Assembly (NCBI RefSeq): GCF_006345805.1
Contig: NC_043013.1
Span: 36,084,001 to 36,148,000 of the forward strand
From: Octopus sinensis
Lineage: Eukaryota
Direction of reading: 5' to 3'
DNA length: 64,000 nucleotides
Shown: positions 37,246 to 50,330 of the stretch, in pieces
Position numbering within the stretch: position 1 is the first letter of the stretch
How the letters are laid out: every line of letters begins with the position of its first letter
Translations under genes and position numbers: made by a program
The notes under the pieces: generated by a model
What the model was told of the DNA's origin: nothing
Seen by the model: only the letters and a program-made list of their open reading frames with translations
Database searches by the model: none

Positions 37246-38380
37246 CGAAGTACCCGGCGTTGTCCTGACTGAAGGTTTAACCTTACAGTCACTATGTAAT
37301 TTACTTAAAGTATAGAAAACCTTTCGGACAAACAACAGACCGAGTATCAGACGAAGTTAACCGTATTACATTTCGTTTTTCTGCTTTTGAGAAAGGTTCT
37401 TTGAACTTCTGTTTTAAAAAGATTATGTTTCTGGAATAAATAAATGAGTAAATAAATAAATAAATAAATAAATTCGTTAAAAAATGAATCAATAAAAGAT
37501 AGCTTTTTTCAATCTAAGTGTTTTGAATCTCGTTCTTTCGTTTAACCCTAAACCCGAATGGTGACCCTAACTAATCTTGACTCCCTAAACCCTCTTCTCC
37601 TTATCTCCTCAAAGACATACAGCACCTCGAAAGAGTCCAGAGGCTGGCTACCCGCATGGTTCATGGTCTCAAAAATTTGTCCTTCGAAGAAAGGCTGAGG
37701 ACGCTCGACCTTTGTTCTCTTGAAAAACGCCGCCGCCGTGGTGATCTCATTCTCGCCCACAACATCATAAGCGGGAAGTGTAACCTCTCGAAAGAGCTGT
37801 TCTTCACTCATGCTCCGGAGCGTCGGCTGCGGGGTCATTCCGAAAAGCTCTACCTGCGACGATTTCATCTCAATCGAAGGAGAGGAGCTTTCTCCGTCCG
37901 GGTTGCGGATCCGTGGAACAAGCTGCCAGACGAGATGGTGAAGATGCCGACGACCGCTTTGTTCAAAGCCTCCCTGGACCTCAAGTGGCCTGAACTCTTT
38001 ACATGAACACCACCCTGTACTTAACTCCATGTCCCCCTACATGGCCTTGCTATTTGCTTTTGAGCCAAATTAACTAACTAAACTTGACACCCTAAACCCT
38101 AAGCGCTAAAATCTGAATCCTACTCGCTAAAATTTCACTCCAATGATGCTTGAACCTAATTTTATTGTTAGTTTTTTAAAATTATATATTGTGTTTTGTA
38201 TCCTAATCTGCTATGTTTGAAATATAATTGTGAAAAAATTTTCAAAGAGAACATTCCAGAACTGAAAACGTTACCGCCGTGAAAACGCTCTCCAATGGAG
38301 AAGTGCGTAGAACGAAAACAAATTGAAATTTTTTAAATGTTTTTATTTGCAGGAAATCGTAATCTCCTATGTTCAAAACC
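37246..38380. mobile_element. Possible Helitron-like non-autonomous host element interrupted by the CR1 insertion
   Basis: Begins ACCCGGCGTTGTCC (compare ACCCGGCGTTGCCCGG at 56273); contains AACCCTAAACCC motifs. Confidence 0.3.
37594..38073 (+). mobile_element. CR1-clade LINE 3' fragment with an uninterrupted reading frame
   Basis: SPYLLKDIQHLERVQRLATRMVHGLKNLSFEERLRTLDLCSLEKRRRRGDLI..RLRGHSEKL..FSVRVADPWNKLP..FKASLD; flanking 27-bp direct repeats (37567-37593 and 38074-38100, 2 mismatches). Confidence 0.92.
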
Positions 38381-38665
38381 TACCTACCTACCTACCTACC
38401 TGCCTATCTACCTACTTACTTACCTACCTACCTACCTACCTACCTACCTATCTATCTATTTATATATATATATATATCTGTCTGTCTGTCTTTCTGTCTC
38501 TACATACATATGTACATATATGCATACATATATACATATATGCATACATATATACACATATGCATACGTATATGCATACATATATACATATGCATATACA
38601 TATATACATATGTGTATACATATATATATACATATATATCCATATATACATATATATATATATAC

Positions 38666-38730
<65 letters not shown>

Positions 38731-38741
38731 ACGTATATATA

Positions 38742-38809
<68 letters not shown>

Positions 38810-38997
38810 GTATGATAGAGAGAGAGATTTCACGCCAACATTCTTGTAGCAAACCTCATACAAAGGCAATGTTCAATTTTCTAAAAGCTATGAGAGCCTA
38901 CCTACCTACCTACATACATACATACATGCATGCATACGTACGTACATACAAGCATACGTTCGTACCTCCATACGTACATATATGCATACATATACAC

Positions 38998-39296
38998 AAT
39001 GATAGGAAGAGTATCTTCTCCCAAACCACTGATAGATACATCACATCTCACCGAGAAAGGTTTCCCCTTTGCTTGCCAGAAACGGGAGATAGCTACTAGA
39101 TTTTTCATCAATGAGAGAGATAAGGATGTCTCTTAGCCTGAATTTCGATTGTTGAAATACAGCAGATATCATCCATATCGTCATCAGCTGTCCAGAATGC
39201 CCGCAAGGTATTGCTTACGAGACATAACACTGTTGCTAAAACCATTTACAATGCTGTCCACTGTAAGGATTCTTTTGAGGACCACACAACAAAGGC
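38998..39296 (+). mobile_element. Fragment of a second REL-endonuclease LINE (CCHC region)
   Basis: Frameshifted DRYITSH..F(P)FACQKREIATRFFINER..DIIHIVISCP.MPARYCL..RHNTVAKTIYNAV. Confidence 0.65.
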
Positions 39297-39300
39297 ATAG

Positions 39301-39703
39301 ACTCTTTTACTCTTTAACTTGTTTCAAATTGCGGACAAGCTGGAGCATCGCCTTTAGTCGAGCAAATCGACCCCAGGACTTATTCTTTGTAAGCCTAGTA
39401 CTTATTCTATCGGTCTATTTTGCCGAACCGCTAATTTACGGGGACGCAAACACACCAGCATCGATTGTCAAGTGACGTTGGTGAACAAACACTGACACAC
39501 AAACACAAACATATACACTCTCATACATATATATATATATATACGACGGGATTCTTTCAGTTTTCGTCTACCAAATCCACTCACAAGGCTTTGATCGGCC
39601 CGAGGCTATAGTAGAAGACACTTGCCCAAGATGCCACGCAGTGGGACTGAACCCAGAACCATGTGGTTGGTAAGCAAGCTACTTACCACACAGCTACTCC
39701 TGC
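39301..39703 (-). mobile_element. SINE family A, full length
   Basis: Consensus tail, core and head on the reverse strand. Confidence 0.9.
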
Positions 39704-39879
39704 ACTCAGAATAAAAATGAATGAAAACTTTTAAAAATAAGAAATCATCGTCGTTGGCATCTGGTCGAATTTGCTCGGATATTGTTAACCCGCGCACACT
39801 GCCCATCTCGGTCCTGTATTAGTTGAGGGAGGTTTTCATGGGGCATCTAGTGTCTCTGCTGAGTTGTTGTACATACGTT

Positions 39880-40395
39880 GTGTTCAGACGACCTGCTTGA
39901 GTACGACCATGCATTGGTATCCATAGCAGTAGACTACTTGTCGGCTCTTGTTTGACTCGCCACTAATGTCCTGGAAAGAGCATGCGCCTTTCCCTTATAA
40001 AGGTGGAAACAAGCAGATCTCCATCCAGCTAAATAAAATAACCAATATAGACAATACTGATGATTTAAGCTTGCTCTCTGACACAACGTCAAACGCCACC
40101 CAATCACATCGTAGTCTAGAATTCGCTGCACACGATGTTGGACTACTTGTTAATTCTAGTTGGACTAAATTCATTGCTCACAATCAGTAAAGTTCTATCC
40201 CCAACATTAGCGAAGATCTCTTCAGTCAAGTTAAAGATTTTATGTACCTCGGTTCTGAGGTAGCCTCAACTGGAAAGGACGTAAAAACTCAGACAGTCAA
40301 ATCATGGTCGGCCTTAAACAAATTGGATGTTGTCTGGAAATAAAACTTGTCAGATAAACTTAAGAGGTATTTTTTCCTGTGTAACAGCAGAGTCA
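39880..40395 (+). mobile_element. Degenerate RTE-clade RT fragment (lineage distinct from the BovB-like copy)
   Basis: ITNIDNTDDLSLLS..LEFAAHDVGLLVN..VKDFMYLGSEV..KSWSALNKLDVVWK..ESVLLY. Confidence 0.75.
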
Positions 40396-40424
40396 GTCCT
40401 TTTATATGAAGAAACAGTATTTGT

Positions 40425-40645
40425 GTATGTGTTTTAGTGTCTGTGTTGTCGCCTTCTCATCAGTATTTGACAATCGGTGTTGGTGTATTTTTGTCCCTGT
40501 TACTTAGCGATTCGGCCAAATGGACGATAGAATAAGTACTAGGCTTATAAAAAAAGCGTGGGTCGATTTGTTCGACCAAAACACTTCAAGGTAGTGTCCC
40601 AGTATGACCACAGTCATATAAGTGAAACAAGTGAACGAATAAAAC
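40425..40645 (+). mobile_element. SINE family A, 3' half
   Basis: CTTAGCGATTCGGCCAAA..GATAGAATAAGTACTAGGC..GAAACAAGTGAA. Confidence 0.75.
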
Positions 40646-41068
40646 AATATAATCAAATATTTTTGTTTATTCTATTTTATACCGACACTTGTGTTCAATT
40701 AAAATGACCCCCTTTTGGTTTTTTTTTTTTTTTTTTGCTTCCAGGACGTTCCTTTTAGCAGCCTCCTCTGTGATTATGCAGATTTCGTCCGAGAATCGGA
40801 GGCATGATACTGAGAAGTACAAAATTTGAAGTTTCAACACAAAATACCAACCAACCAACCAACCAACCAACCAACCAACCAACCAACCAACCAACCAACC
40901 TACCTACCTACCTACCTACATACATACCTACCTACCTACCTATCTACCTACCTACCTACCTACATACATACATACATACATACATACATACATACATAAA
41001 AACATACATACATACATACATATATGTATATTATGTATACGTATTTCTCTTTCCCTCTCTCTCTACGC

Positions 41069-41104
<36 letters not shown>

Positions 41105-41194
41105 ATCTGTGTACATGTGTGTACGATTGTGTGTGTGTATACATACTACACACTCTCACTCACACATACATACATATGCACACACACACACACA

Positions 41195-41229
<35 letters not shown>

Positions 41230-41424
41230 CTCTTTACGTAGTATACACACACATACATACACGCTTTTACCATGACTGGAATCCAGTGATTTTAGCTGTC
41301 AACTGCATCCGTAAACTAATTAAAATTAATTAATCACATTGGATAGTTATAAATTGCTGTCATTCTTAGACAATTCATGGTGGGCAGAAAAAAATATAGG
41401 CTCGACCGGACTAGCTTTTCTCGT

Positions 41425-41770
41425 TTACATTTTACACGTTTCAGTCATTGGACTGCGGCCACGCTGGGGCACCGCCTTGAAGAACTTTTAGTCAAACAAA
41501 TCGACCGCAGTATTTTTAAAGTTTGATATTTCTTCTAGTGATCTCTCTTGCCGAACCACTAAATTACGGGGTCGTAAACAAACCAACACCGGTTGTTAAA
41601 TGTTGGTAGGGGACAAATAGAAACACAATCACCACGCACACCTATTCATGTACGACGGGTTTCCTCACAAATTCCGTCTACTAAACCCATTCACAGGACT
41701 ATACTGAGTCCAAGGTGTCACGCAGTGGGACTGAACTTGAAGCCACGTAATTGCAAAGCGAAGTCCTTAA
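41425..41770 (-). mobile_element. SINE family A, older copy
   Basis: TTTCAGTCATTGGACTGCGGCCACGCTGGGGCACCGCC tail; CACGCAGTGGGACTGAAC head region. Confidence 0.8.
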
Positions 41771-41799
41771 TCACTCAGCTCGTTGCTACTGGGTAACCA

Positions 41800-41991
41800 G
41801 CAAGTTCGGAGAAAGGGAGCAAGTCAATTACAGCAATCCAAGTGCCCAACTGTTACTTTTATTTCATCGACTTCGACGGGCTGAAAGGCAAAGTCGACCT
41901 CGGTGGAATTTGAACTCAGAACGTAAAGACGGATAAAATGCTGCAAAGCATTTCGTCCGGTGTGCTAACGATTCTGCCAGCTCGCCGCCTT
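41800..41991 (-). mobile_element. SINE family B
   Basis: Ends ..TGCTAACGATTCTGCCAGCTCGCCGCCTT. Confidence 0.9.
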
Positions 41992-42019
41992 TATGTACAG
42001 CCAATTTTATTAGCTATTA

Positions 42020-42837
42020 CGTGGTGTGATCAATAATTATCCAGACTGTTACCATAGTAACGAAGCTAAAGTATGCAGAGTAAAGCCACTTGGTGCAGAT
42101 TGACCTTGAACTCTGCTGTGCAAGTGCACTAAGTTTTAACGTTCTAACTCACTTCTGCTGTTTACGGCAGTGCTTGGAATTAAGGTACGTCACTGACCAT
42201 GACAGAGAAAGTTGAACAGAGAATTTGCATCAAATTTTGCCAAAAGCTTGGCGATACCTGCTCAGTGGCCTACGCAAAGTTTTCAAAAAGTTTTCATCGT
42301 TCTCGACACAATCAAGATCTTGTGCACCTGAAACACGAGTGTCATTTTGGTCAGCTGAAAGCAGTTTTGGCACAAACAGTGATAATGGACTGAACTGAAC
42401 CGTAACTAATCTGCACATCCTCTGATAACTCTCGGATAGTGATTCAACAATTTCTTCTCACAGCTGCACGCACATCTGCTATGTTTTTCTCAGTTCTGCT
42501 GGTTGCGGGTCTCCCAGAACGTTCGTCAGTATCAACATATTTTTGGCCATCTTGGAAACGTCTGAACCACTCGTACACCTGTGTGCGGCTCATACACTCC
42601 TCTCCATACACATTCTGCAACTTTGCATTGGCCTTTGAGCAGGTATCGCCATGAGGCAGGTATCGCGATCAATGCGACGGTCACACGCTACACACCTTCC
42701 TTCCAAGCACTGGCACGGTAAAACTTAGTTCGCATGCACAGCAGAGTTCAAGATCAGCCTGAGCCAAGCGGCTTCAGTCAGCAGGCTTTAGCTTCGTTAC
42801 TATGACAACAGTCCGGATACTTATTGATCGGACCTCA
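42020..42837. mobile_element. Non-autonomous mariner derivative composed of two inverted 5' ends
   Basis: TA-flanked TIRs. The plus arm encodes MTEKVEQRICIKFCQKLGDTCS; the minus arm encodes GDTCSKANAKLQNVYGEECMSRTQVYEWFRRFQDG..DERSGRP..FVPKLLS; both ends are homologous over ~170 bp of 5' UTR. Confidence 0.8.
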
Positions 42838-42850
42838 TATTAGGCACTTT

Positions 42851-43245
42851 AAGGCGGCGAGCTGGCAGAAACGTTAGCACGCTGGGCGAAATGCTTAGCG
42901 GCATTTCGCCTGCCGTTACGTTGTGAGTTCAAATTCCGCTGAGGTCGACTTTGCCTTTCATCCTTTCGGGCTCGATTAAATAAGTACCAGTTACGCTCTG
43001 GAGTCGAAATAATCGACTTAATCCGTTTGTCTGTCCTTGTTTGTCCTCCCTGTGTTTAGCCCCTTGTGGGTAGTAAAGAAATAGGTATTTCGCCTATCGC
43101 TACGTTTTGAGTTCAAATTCCGCCGAGGTCAACTTTGCCTTTAATCCTTTGGGGTTGATAAATTAAGTACCAGTGAAACACTGGGGTAAGTAACTAAGTC
43201 CGCTCCCTCGAATTTCAGGCCTTCTGCCTTTAGTAGAAATGATTA
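42851..43245 (+). mobile_element. SINE family B, full copy (TTTGTCC..AGCCCCTTGTGGG tail variant) plus a tandem partial copy
   Basis: Near-consensus head at 42851; second core at ~43110-43170. Confidence 0.9.
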
Positions 43246-43695
43246 CCAGGCACTTTATTATAACCAAAAACATCGTTTAGATATTGAACAGGATTTTGGC
43301 AGTTAGTCCTTTTTAATAAATTACAGGTGTGTTAACAGAATTTTGTGTTTCATACTAAACTAATCTGAAACCATAGCAAAATTTTGTACGAAAAGCAAAG
43401 TCTACCAGGCGGCAGTGTTCCATCACCATCGGATCTAAAATCTTCAAAGCTTCTAGATGAGAAAAGTCAGAAATCAAACGACAGGAGAGAATTGTTTGGC
43501 AAAATCAACCTCGTCTTCCACCAACAATGCTATCGACTCTTCTATGCAAGAATTGGTCGACAAAGTCATCAACACCATCACCATATAAGAATCGTTCAGC
43601 AAAGAAGAAATTAAATTCTCGAATAGGAGATAAAGCCGACGTCGACGATGTATACAGAGAACTACTTCTACTTATTATTGTCAGTTACCTATGGG

Positions 43696-44125
43696 CAGCC
43701 CTGGATTAACCATTAAGCAAAATAAGCACTTGGCTTAGGGCATCAAAGGAAATGGAGAGCTCCACAGAAATAGTAAATTGTTTACGGCACAAAAGAAATC
43801 AATTTAAAATTGTTAAAATAATATTCGAACTGGCTTATGATCGGAAATATAATTTCACAGTGTGCATAGTGTCATAGCGAGGACCTGATCAAAAACTTTA
43901 CATTTAATGAAAGGAAGAGAAGTTTTCAAATATGAATTAAGTGGAAGTACGCAAAGATAAACATTATTTTTCATCTTACTGTTAGTTTTACTTAATTTTG
44001 AAAAATAAAAATTTATTGTATGGTTTATTGTTTATTATCGTTTATATTTTGAATTACAGGTATATGGGAACACCAAAATCTTTTAAGTACTCAGGGACTC
44101 TATGGATCTTGTTTAACACAATTCA
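43696..44125 (+). mobile_element. Possible hAT-derived non-autonomous element
   Basis: Starts CAGCCCTGGATTAACCATTAAGC..GCTTAGGGC; internal SEDLIKNFTFNERKRSF resembles a hAT transposase C-terminus; right TIR decayed. Confidence 0.4.
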
Positions 44126-44894
44126 GCATTGAATTAGTGAGTTTAATTGTTTACAAACAAGCATACTTTACCCTTTTGTTTGACTGGAAGATGTAACTGC
44201 GGTTGTAACTAAGTCCCAGTTTATACGGTCGCTGTTAATTTTCTCTATTTTTAGGTTTCCAGATATGTTGGGATAAAAAAGTAGACTCCCTTCTAAATCT
44301 GGATTTATTACGTGTGAGCTGTAGATGTTTGGATGTAGATTTATTTTCCTACAATACGTATTTACTTTTCCTGTCATGATCTAGACGTGTTATCTTTAAT
44401 TTGCACACAAGCGCCTTTGGTGAGACATTTATGGTTAAGAGTATAGAATAAGGGCGTTGCTACAATTGTCCTTTTGTTGGTTTAGCTTAGATGTTTTATA
44501 AACATTCAAATATGTATATTAGCAGGAATGAATTTAAGTGTGTGGAAGAAAGACAGACAGACTATAGAAAATAATGTGGTGGATAAGATAATATATAACA
44601 AACAAAACTATTGAAAGTTAATTCATACCCTCTCATTATGGATACATTGTATTTGTTATTGTCAAAATAACGACTTCAATGGCTCGGTTCATATATCTTT
44701 TTCACTGGAAGAATAACGCCAAGGAGTGACCAACAGCACCATTTTTAATCCTGCTTTCTGATACAAAATTTTGGCATAAGTATAAACCAGTATTAACCTT
44801 TTTTTGTGGTGTTCCACTTTTAAGTAGTTGTTTTGCCCAGCGCCCACCGAAGTGACGAGTGAGGTATCACGACTAAACTAATTTAATATGGGTG

Positions 44895-45150
44895 TAGTAA
44901 AATACGTAAAGTTTCTTCTCGAGACATTAGAGACTCATAAGGGACTCATAAGGGTCGGTTTTCCGGTTTCCATGGAGTATATGTTCCCCACCTCGGCGGG
45001 ACGCCGGTCTGTCGCAGGATTACTCATTTTTGAATGGACTGGAGTAAGGGGAGATGAAATGTTTTGCTCTACAGCACAACGCGTCGTTCGGTCCGGGAAA
45101 CGAAACCACCATCTTACGATCATGGATCCAACACCCTAACCACTAAGCCC
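44895..45150 (-). mobile_element. tRNA-derived SINE (family D-like head, V-like body)
   Basis: Minus GGCTTAGTGGTTAGGGTGTTGG..GGTTTCGTTTCCCGG; CCTGCGACAGACCGGCGTCCCG. Confidence 0.75.
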
Positions 45151-45177
45151 ATACTTGTTGCATTTTTTGCTGTCAAG

Positions 45178-45179
<2 letters not shown>

Positions 45180-45214
<35 letters not shown>

Positions 45215-45292
45215 CCATCACCATCACCATCACTATCATCATCATCATCATCATCATATCATCACCATTATCATCACCACCATCACCATCAC

Positions 45293-45324
<32 letters not shown>

Positions 45325-45439
45325 CCCTCACCATCACCACCACCATCATCACCATCACCATCATCATCATCATCACCATCACCATCATCACCATCACCAT
45401 CATCATCATCACCATCGTCATCATCATCATCACCATCAC

Positions 45440-45493
<54 letters not shown>

Positions 45494-45494
45494 T
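45180..45494. repeat. (CAT)n/(CAC)n microsatellite
   Basis: Direct reading; immediately precedes a family B SINE. Confidence 0.95.
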
Positions 45495-45722
45495 AAGGCG
45501 GCGAACTGGCAGAATCGTTAGCACGCCGGACAAAATGTTTAGTGGCATTTCGTGCGTCTTAATGCTCTGAGTTCGAATTCCGCCGAAGTCGACTTGGCTT
45601 TTCAACCTTTTTCTGGGTCGATAAAGAACAAGTACAAGTTGAATACTGGGGTGGATGTAATCGACTGGTCCCCCCACCTGCCCCCGAAATGACTGGCCTT
45701 GCACAAACATTTGAAACCCTTA
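45495..45722 (+). mobile_element. SINE family B
   Basis: AAGGCGGCGAACTGGCAGAATCGTTAGCACGCCGG head and core. Confidence 0.9.
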
Positions 45723-46029
45723 TTATTCATTGGAAACCATTATTATGATCGTCGTTGGTGTGATGAGGCAAGCTTTCGTGTACTTATTTCAGTCAATATT
45801 CTACACAAGACACAACTATTATGGCTCATTTCTCTACAGAACAACATCAGAACTACCACTGTCACCACAACAACTATCAACACATCTGATACATCTCCGT
45901 TGTCATCTTTCTTTCCACCTATCGTCTGCAAAACTCAATTATTGCAGTTGCACAAGATTTTGGTACACGGGCTTAAATCAAAATGGCGCCGAATATAAAC
46001 TGAAATGATAAGTGCAAATTAGAAAATGG

Positions 46030-46414
46030 CACGATACATATATACATGTGTGTGGGTATGTGTTTGTGTGTGTGTGGGTATGTGTATGTGGTGTGTGTGT
46101 GTGTGTGTGTGTACGCCTCTGTACATATATGTAAATGCATATAATATATATATATACAATCATACACAAACATTAATACATATAAATGCACACACACACA
46201 CATATATATATATATACGTATACATATATACATATGCTTATATACATATACGTTTATGCATATAAATAATGTATGCACGCGTTTATATATATACATATAT
46301 ACATATACATATTATATATATACATATATACATATACATATTCATAAGTGCATGCACGCAAACACACGCACACACACGATTTTGATGATTAAAATGGAAA
46401 GAATGGAAAGATGA

Positions 46415-46462
<48 letters not shown>

Positions 46463-46559
46463 TACACACACATATATACTGTATATATGTAAAGTATTTT
46501 GGTGATGTTGACGATGACAGTGATGATGGTGATTGCGATGATGCTGATGGTGATGATAT

Positions 46560-46604
<45 letters not shown>

Positions 46605-46768
46605 CGATGATGATGATGATCACGATGATGATGATGATGATGATGATCATGATGACTACGTCGACGATGATCGAGAACCAACTGGACACGAATTGTTCAA
46701 GTGCTGGAAATTAATTAAAAATCATGAAAGCTGGCACATCCACACACTTATACACACGTACGCGCACG

Positions 46769-46809
<41 letters not shown>

Positions 46810-47127
46810 GCGCACACACTCACGCACGCACGCACCAACGCACGCACAAACACGTCCTCATATGCACATACAATCAAAACGCACTCCCCTACATACATAA
46901 GAGTAGTTAAATGTGCGTCTAAATGAACGCACACCACCACACAATGCAAAGCAAAGCAACCGTCCGTTGTTCTATACACGTATACGTGTGTATGTGTAAA
47001 TAATTTTGATTGTGTGTACGAGTGTGTTTGGCTGTATGTGTTCGCAACGGAGGCATTTTAACTGTGCACTGTCAGATGTATGTGCGTACGGGCGACTCTG
47101 CGTGTGTGTGTGTGTGTGCGTGCGTGC

Positions 47128-47172
<45 letters not shown>

Positions 47173-47363
47173 TGTGTGTGTGTGTGTGTGAATCTATGTG
47201 TGTGAAAGGAATAATAACATACTTAGATGTGCAGATGTTAAAAAACTAAATTGTTGTATATGAATTTCGCCCGTTTCACACGTATATACTTGGACGTAAA
47301 CATCTGTACCTTTGTTTCATTGTATACTATAGAAGTTTGAGCATCTATCAACCAATCTATCTG

Positions 47364-47431
<68 letters not shown>

Positions 47432-47489
47432 CCTATCTATCTATTTATCTATCTATTTATTTATCTATCTTTCTATCTATGTATGTATG

Positions 47490-47542
<53 letters not shown>

Positions 47543-47583
47543 GTCCGTCTGTCTGTCTATATATATGTCTGTCTGTCTATACA

Positions 47584-47657
<74 letters not shown>

Positions 47658-47820
47658 TATATATAATTATATATATATATATCTTTTCTCTAAATCTAGC
47701 CGGCTAACCTACCTACCTACCTACCTGCCTGTCTGTCTGTCTGCTTGCCTGACTACCTGCCTACCTACCGACCTACCTACCTCCCCACCTACCCAGCTAC
47801 ATACCTACCTAGCTATCTCG
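46030..47820. repeat. Microsatellite field: (GAT)n 46500-46670, (CA)/(GT)n, (TATC)n 47345-47540, (CTAC)n
   Basis: Direct reading. Confidence 0.9.
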
Positions 47821-49601
47821 CAACAAAGGAGTAAAACGAAAGTAAGTGGAAGGATGAGGTATTCCTCACACTACATAGACTGACGTAAAAAGCTGCGTGA
47901 GAGTGGAAGTGAAAGACTCGAAATGCAAATGGTTGAAATAAGTGGTTAGCTTCTTATAACTTTAAGCCACACAAGAAACAGGAACCGTCTTAATATAAGG
48001 ATAAGTATTGAAAGAAAAGAAGGAAATTCTTGAGTAACTCATAGCGGTAAAAAGTATAATATTACTAAATATACTCTGAAATAATAACAATTAGATGGAA
48101 ATCTCTCAGTACTTTGTATATAATATTATATTTTAAATTTAAGTGTTTATTATCACAGCCAATTACACGTATAAACGCATCTCTCTCTCTCTCTTTCTCT
48201 CTCACTCTCTCTCTCTCTCTGTATGTATGCGTATATATATATATAATAATATATATAGATGTCCATTTATCGAATGTTCTTCCAAGAGGTAAGACAAATT
48301 TTTTTCATATTTGTTGCACACGCATGTCTTTGCTAGTATATACGCAATGAAGCTATACAATAGCGTCGTATTTCTATCGATTGCTATTTTCCAGTAAATA
48401 TTGGTGATTTGTTGTACCATTTATCTACTTTTATATGTATAATTTTACCCTTATAGGCTATCTTTTACTGGAAAGTAATACATTTGTATTGCATTATTAT
48501 TTTCATTGAAACTTCTTCACTGTTCTCGTTCTGTTAACGTTTTGGCATTCAGACGAATATATATATATATATCAAGGAATACAAAAAGTGGAACAAGAAC
48601 GCAAAACATCCAGACAGCTAGATGGTACAAAAAAGCGACAAGAAAAAACACGGACGGGTCATTCGAAGTTTTCTTTCCTCAGTCGAGTTCCAGGTTATCT
48701 TTGCAATTTCGGCTGGTTACACTCCAATCTGGTCAGCCCCGAGTTTGGATAAACATATTGCAGTTCATAGGGATCATGTCTCAGAAAGTAACCTGACCAG
48801 TTAAAATGATGTTAGTAAAAAGATCATACTTTTCGATGGTTCTAGTGCCAATATATTATATACCACTGAAACCCAAAATTTTCGGAAGACTCCGTGCATT
48901 ACATTTGCAAATTAATGATTTCAGTTTAAGATCAAAGAGTAATACTTTAATATTAAATACAAGCAGGCTAGTATTTGAGTATAAAATGTATCAAAGGCTT
49001 ACCTGTCGTTTTGAACGGAAGCACCATCGTCAATAATAAATAAAAGCTTCCATCATTTTTGACGATACGTGTATACTAAATATATTCATAAACAGCAATA
49101 TATTTACGCTTTTCAAAAAAAGCAGAGGTATATAAATATATAAAAAATCTGACACATTTCTTCTGTGTCCGTGTGTGCAATAGAGCACACATCTGTGTGA
49201 ATGTATATATGCGTATGTACGTGTGTGAGTGTGTGTACTCGAGCGATCACAACTCCTAATTTTAACAGTACTTGGCTTTTGCACTATTTCCACAAGTACT
49301 CATCTTATGAAAAATAATCTGGTGTCTGCAATGATGAAAAACATTTCAAAGTAAGAAATAGGAGATCAGAGATAATTTCCACGTACCGACATGAGACCAA
49401 GTTTTACATTTCAGCCTTAACAGCACAATCCATCCACATTGAAAGTAGGTAAACGAAATTCTGCACAACATAATATTGTAAGCTAGATCTATAAACTATA
49501 TGTAAGAAATATATCCTCACGAAATTAATGTATTCCCTTTTACGTCGTTCTACCATTACTGTCCAATCAATTATACGTAAAAACGCATATTCTCTCTCTC
49601 T

Positions 49602-49644
<43 letters not shown>

Positions 49645-49661
49645 TATATATATATATATAT

Positions 49662-49890
49662 AAGGCGAGCTGGCAGAAACGTTAGCACGTCGGGCGAAAT
49701 GCGTGGCCGTTTTTCGTCCTGCCGTTACGTTCTGAGTTCAAATTTCGCCGAGGTCGACTTTGCTTTCATCCTTCCGGGGTCGATAAATTAAGTACCAGTT
49801 GCGCACTGGGGTCGATGTAATCGACCTAATCCCTTTGTCTGTCCTTGTTGTCCTCTCTGTGTTTAGCCCCTTGTGGGTAATAATAAAGAT
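49662..49890 (+). mobile_element. SINE family B (long-tail variant)
   Basis: Near-consensus; inserted in (TA)n. Confidence 0.9.
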
Positions 49891-49906
49891 AATATATATA
49901 TAATAT

Positions 49907-49937
<31 letters not shown>

Positions 49938-50330
49938 CGGCGCAGGAGTGGCTATGTGGTAAGTAGCTTGCTTACCAACCACATGGTTCTGGGTTCAGTC
50001 CCGCTGCGGGGCACCTTGGGCAAGATTCTTCCACTATCGCCTCAGACCAACCAGAGCCTTGTGAGTGAATTTGGCAGACGGAAACTGAAAGAAGCCCGTC
50101 GTATATATGTGTGTGTATATGTTTGTGTGGCTGTGTTCTGTCCCCCCCCCCCACATCGCTTGAAAACCGATGCTGGTGTGTTTACGTCTCCGTAACTTAG
50201 CGGTTCGGCAAAACAGACCGATAGAATAAGTAAAGCTTACACACGCACTGGGGTCGATTTGATCGACTAAAGGCGGTGCTCCAGCATGGCCGCAGTCAAA
50301 TGACTGAAACAAGTAAAAGAGTAAAAGAGT
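49938..50330 (+). mobile_element. SINE family A, full length
   Basis: GGCGCAGGAGTGGCTATGTGG head to (GTAAAAGA)n tail. Confidence 0.92.

Noticed and set aside
37548-38030. 160-aa minus-strand ORF (likewise 24562-24897, 58848-59222, 1067-1300)
   Set aside because: Antisense shadows of LINE coding sequence.
37544-38100. AACCCT/CCCTAA motifs suggesting telomeric repeat
   Set aside because: Only scattered single units, not a (TTAGGG)n array.
43384-43709. Two short overlapping plus-strand ORFs in unique-looking sequence
   Set aside because: No recognisable motif in any frame, stops in the third frame, no convincing splice sites; cannot support a gene call.
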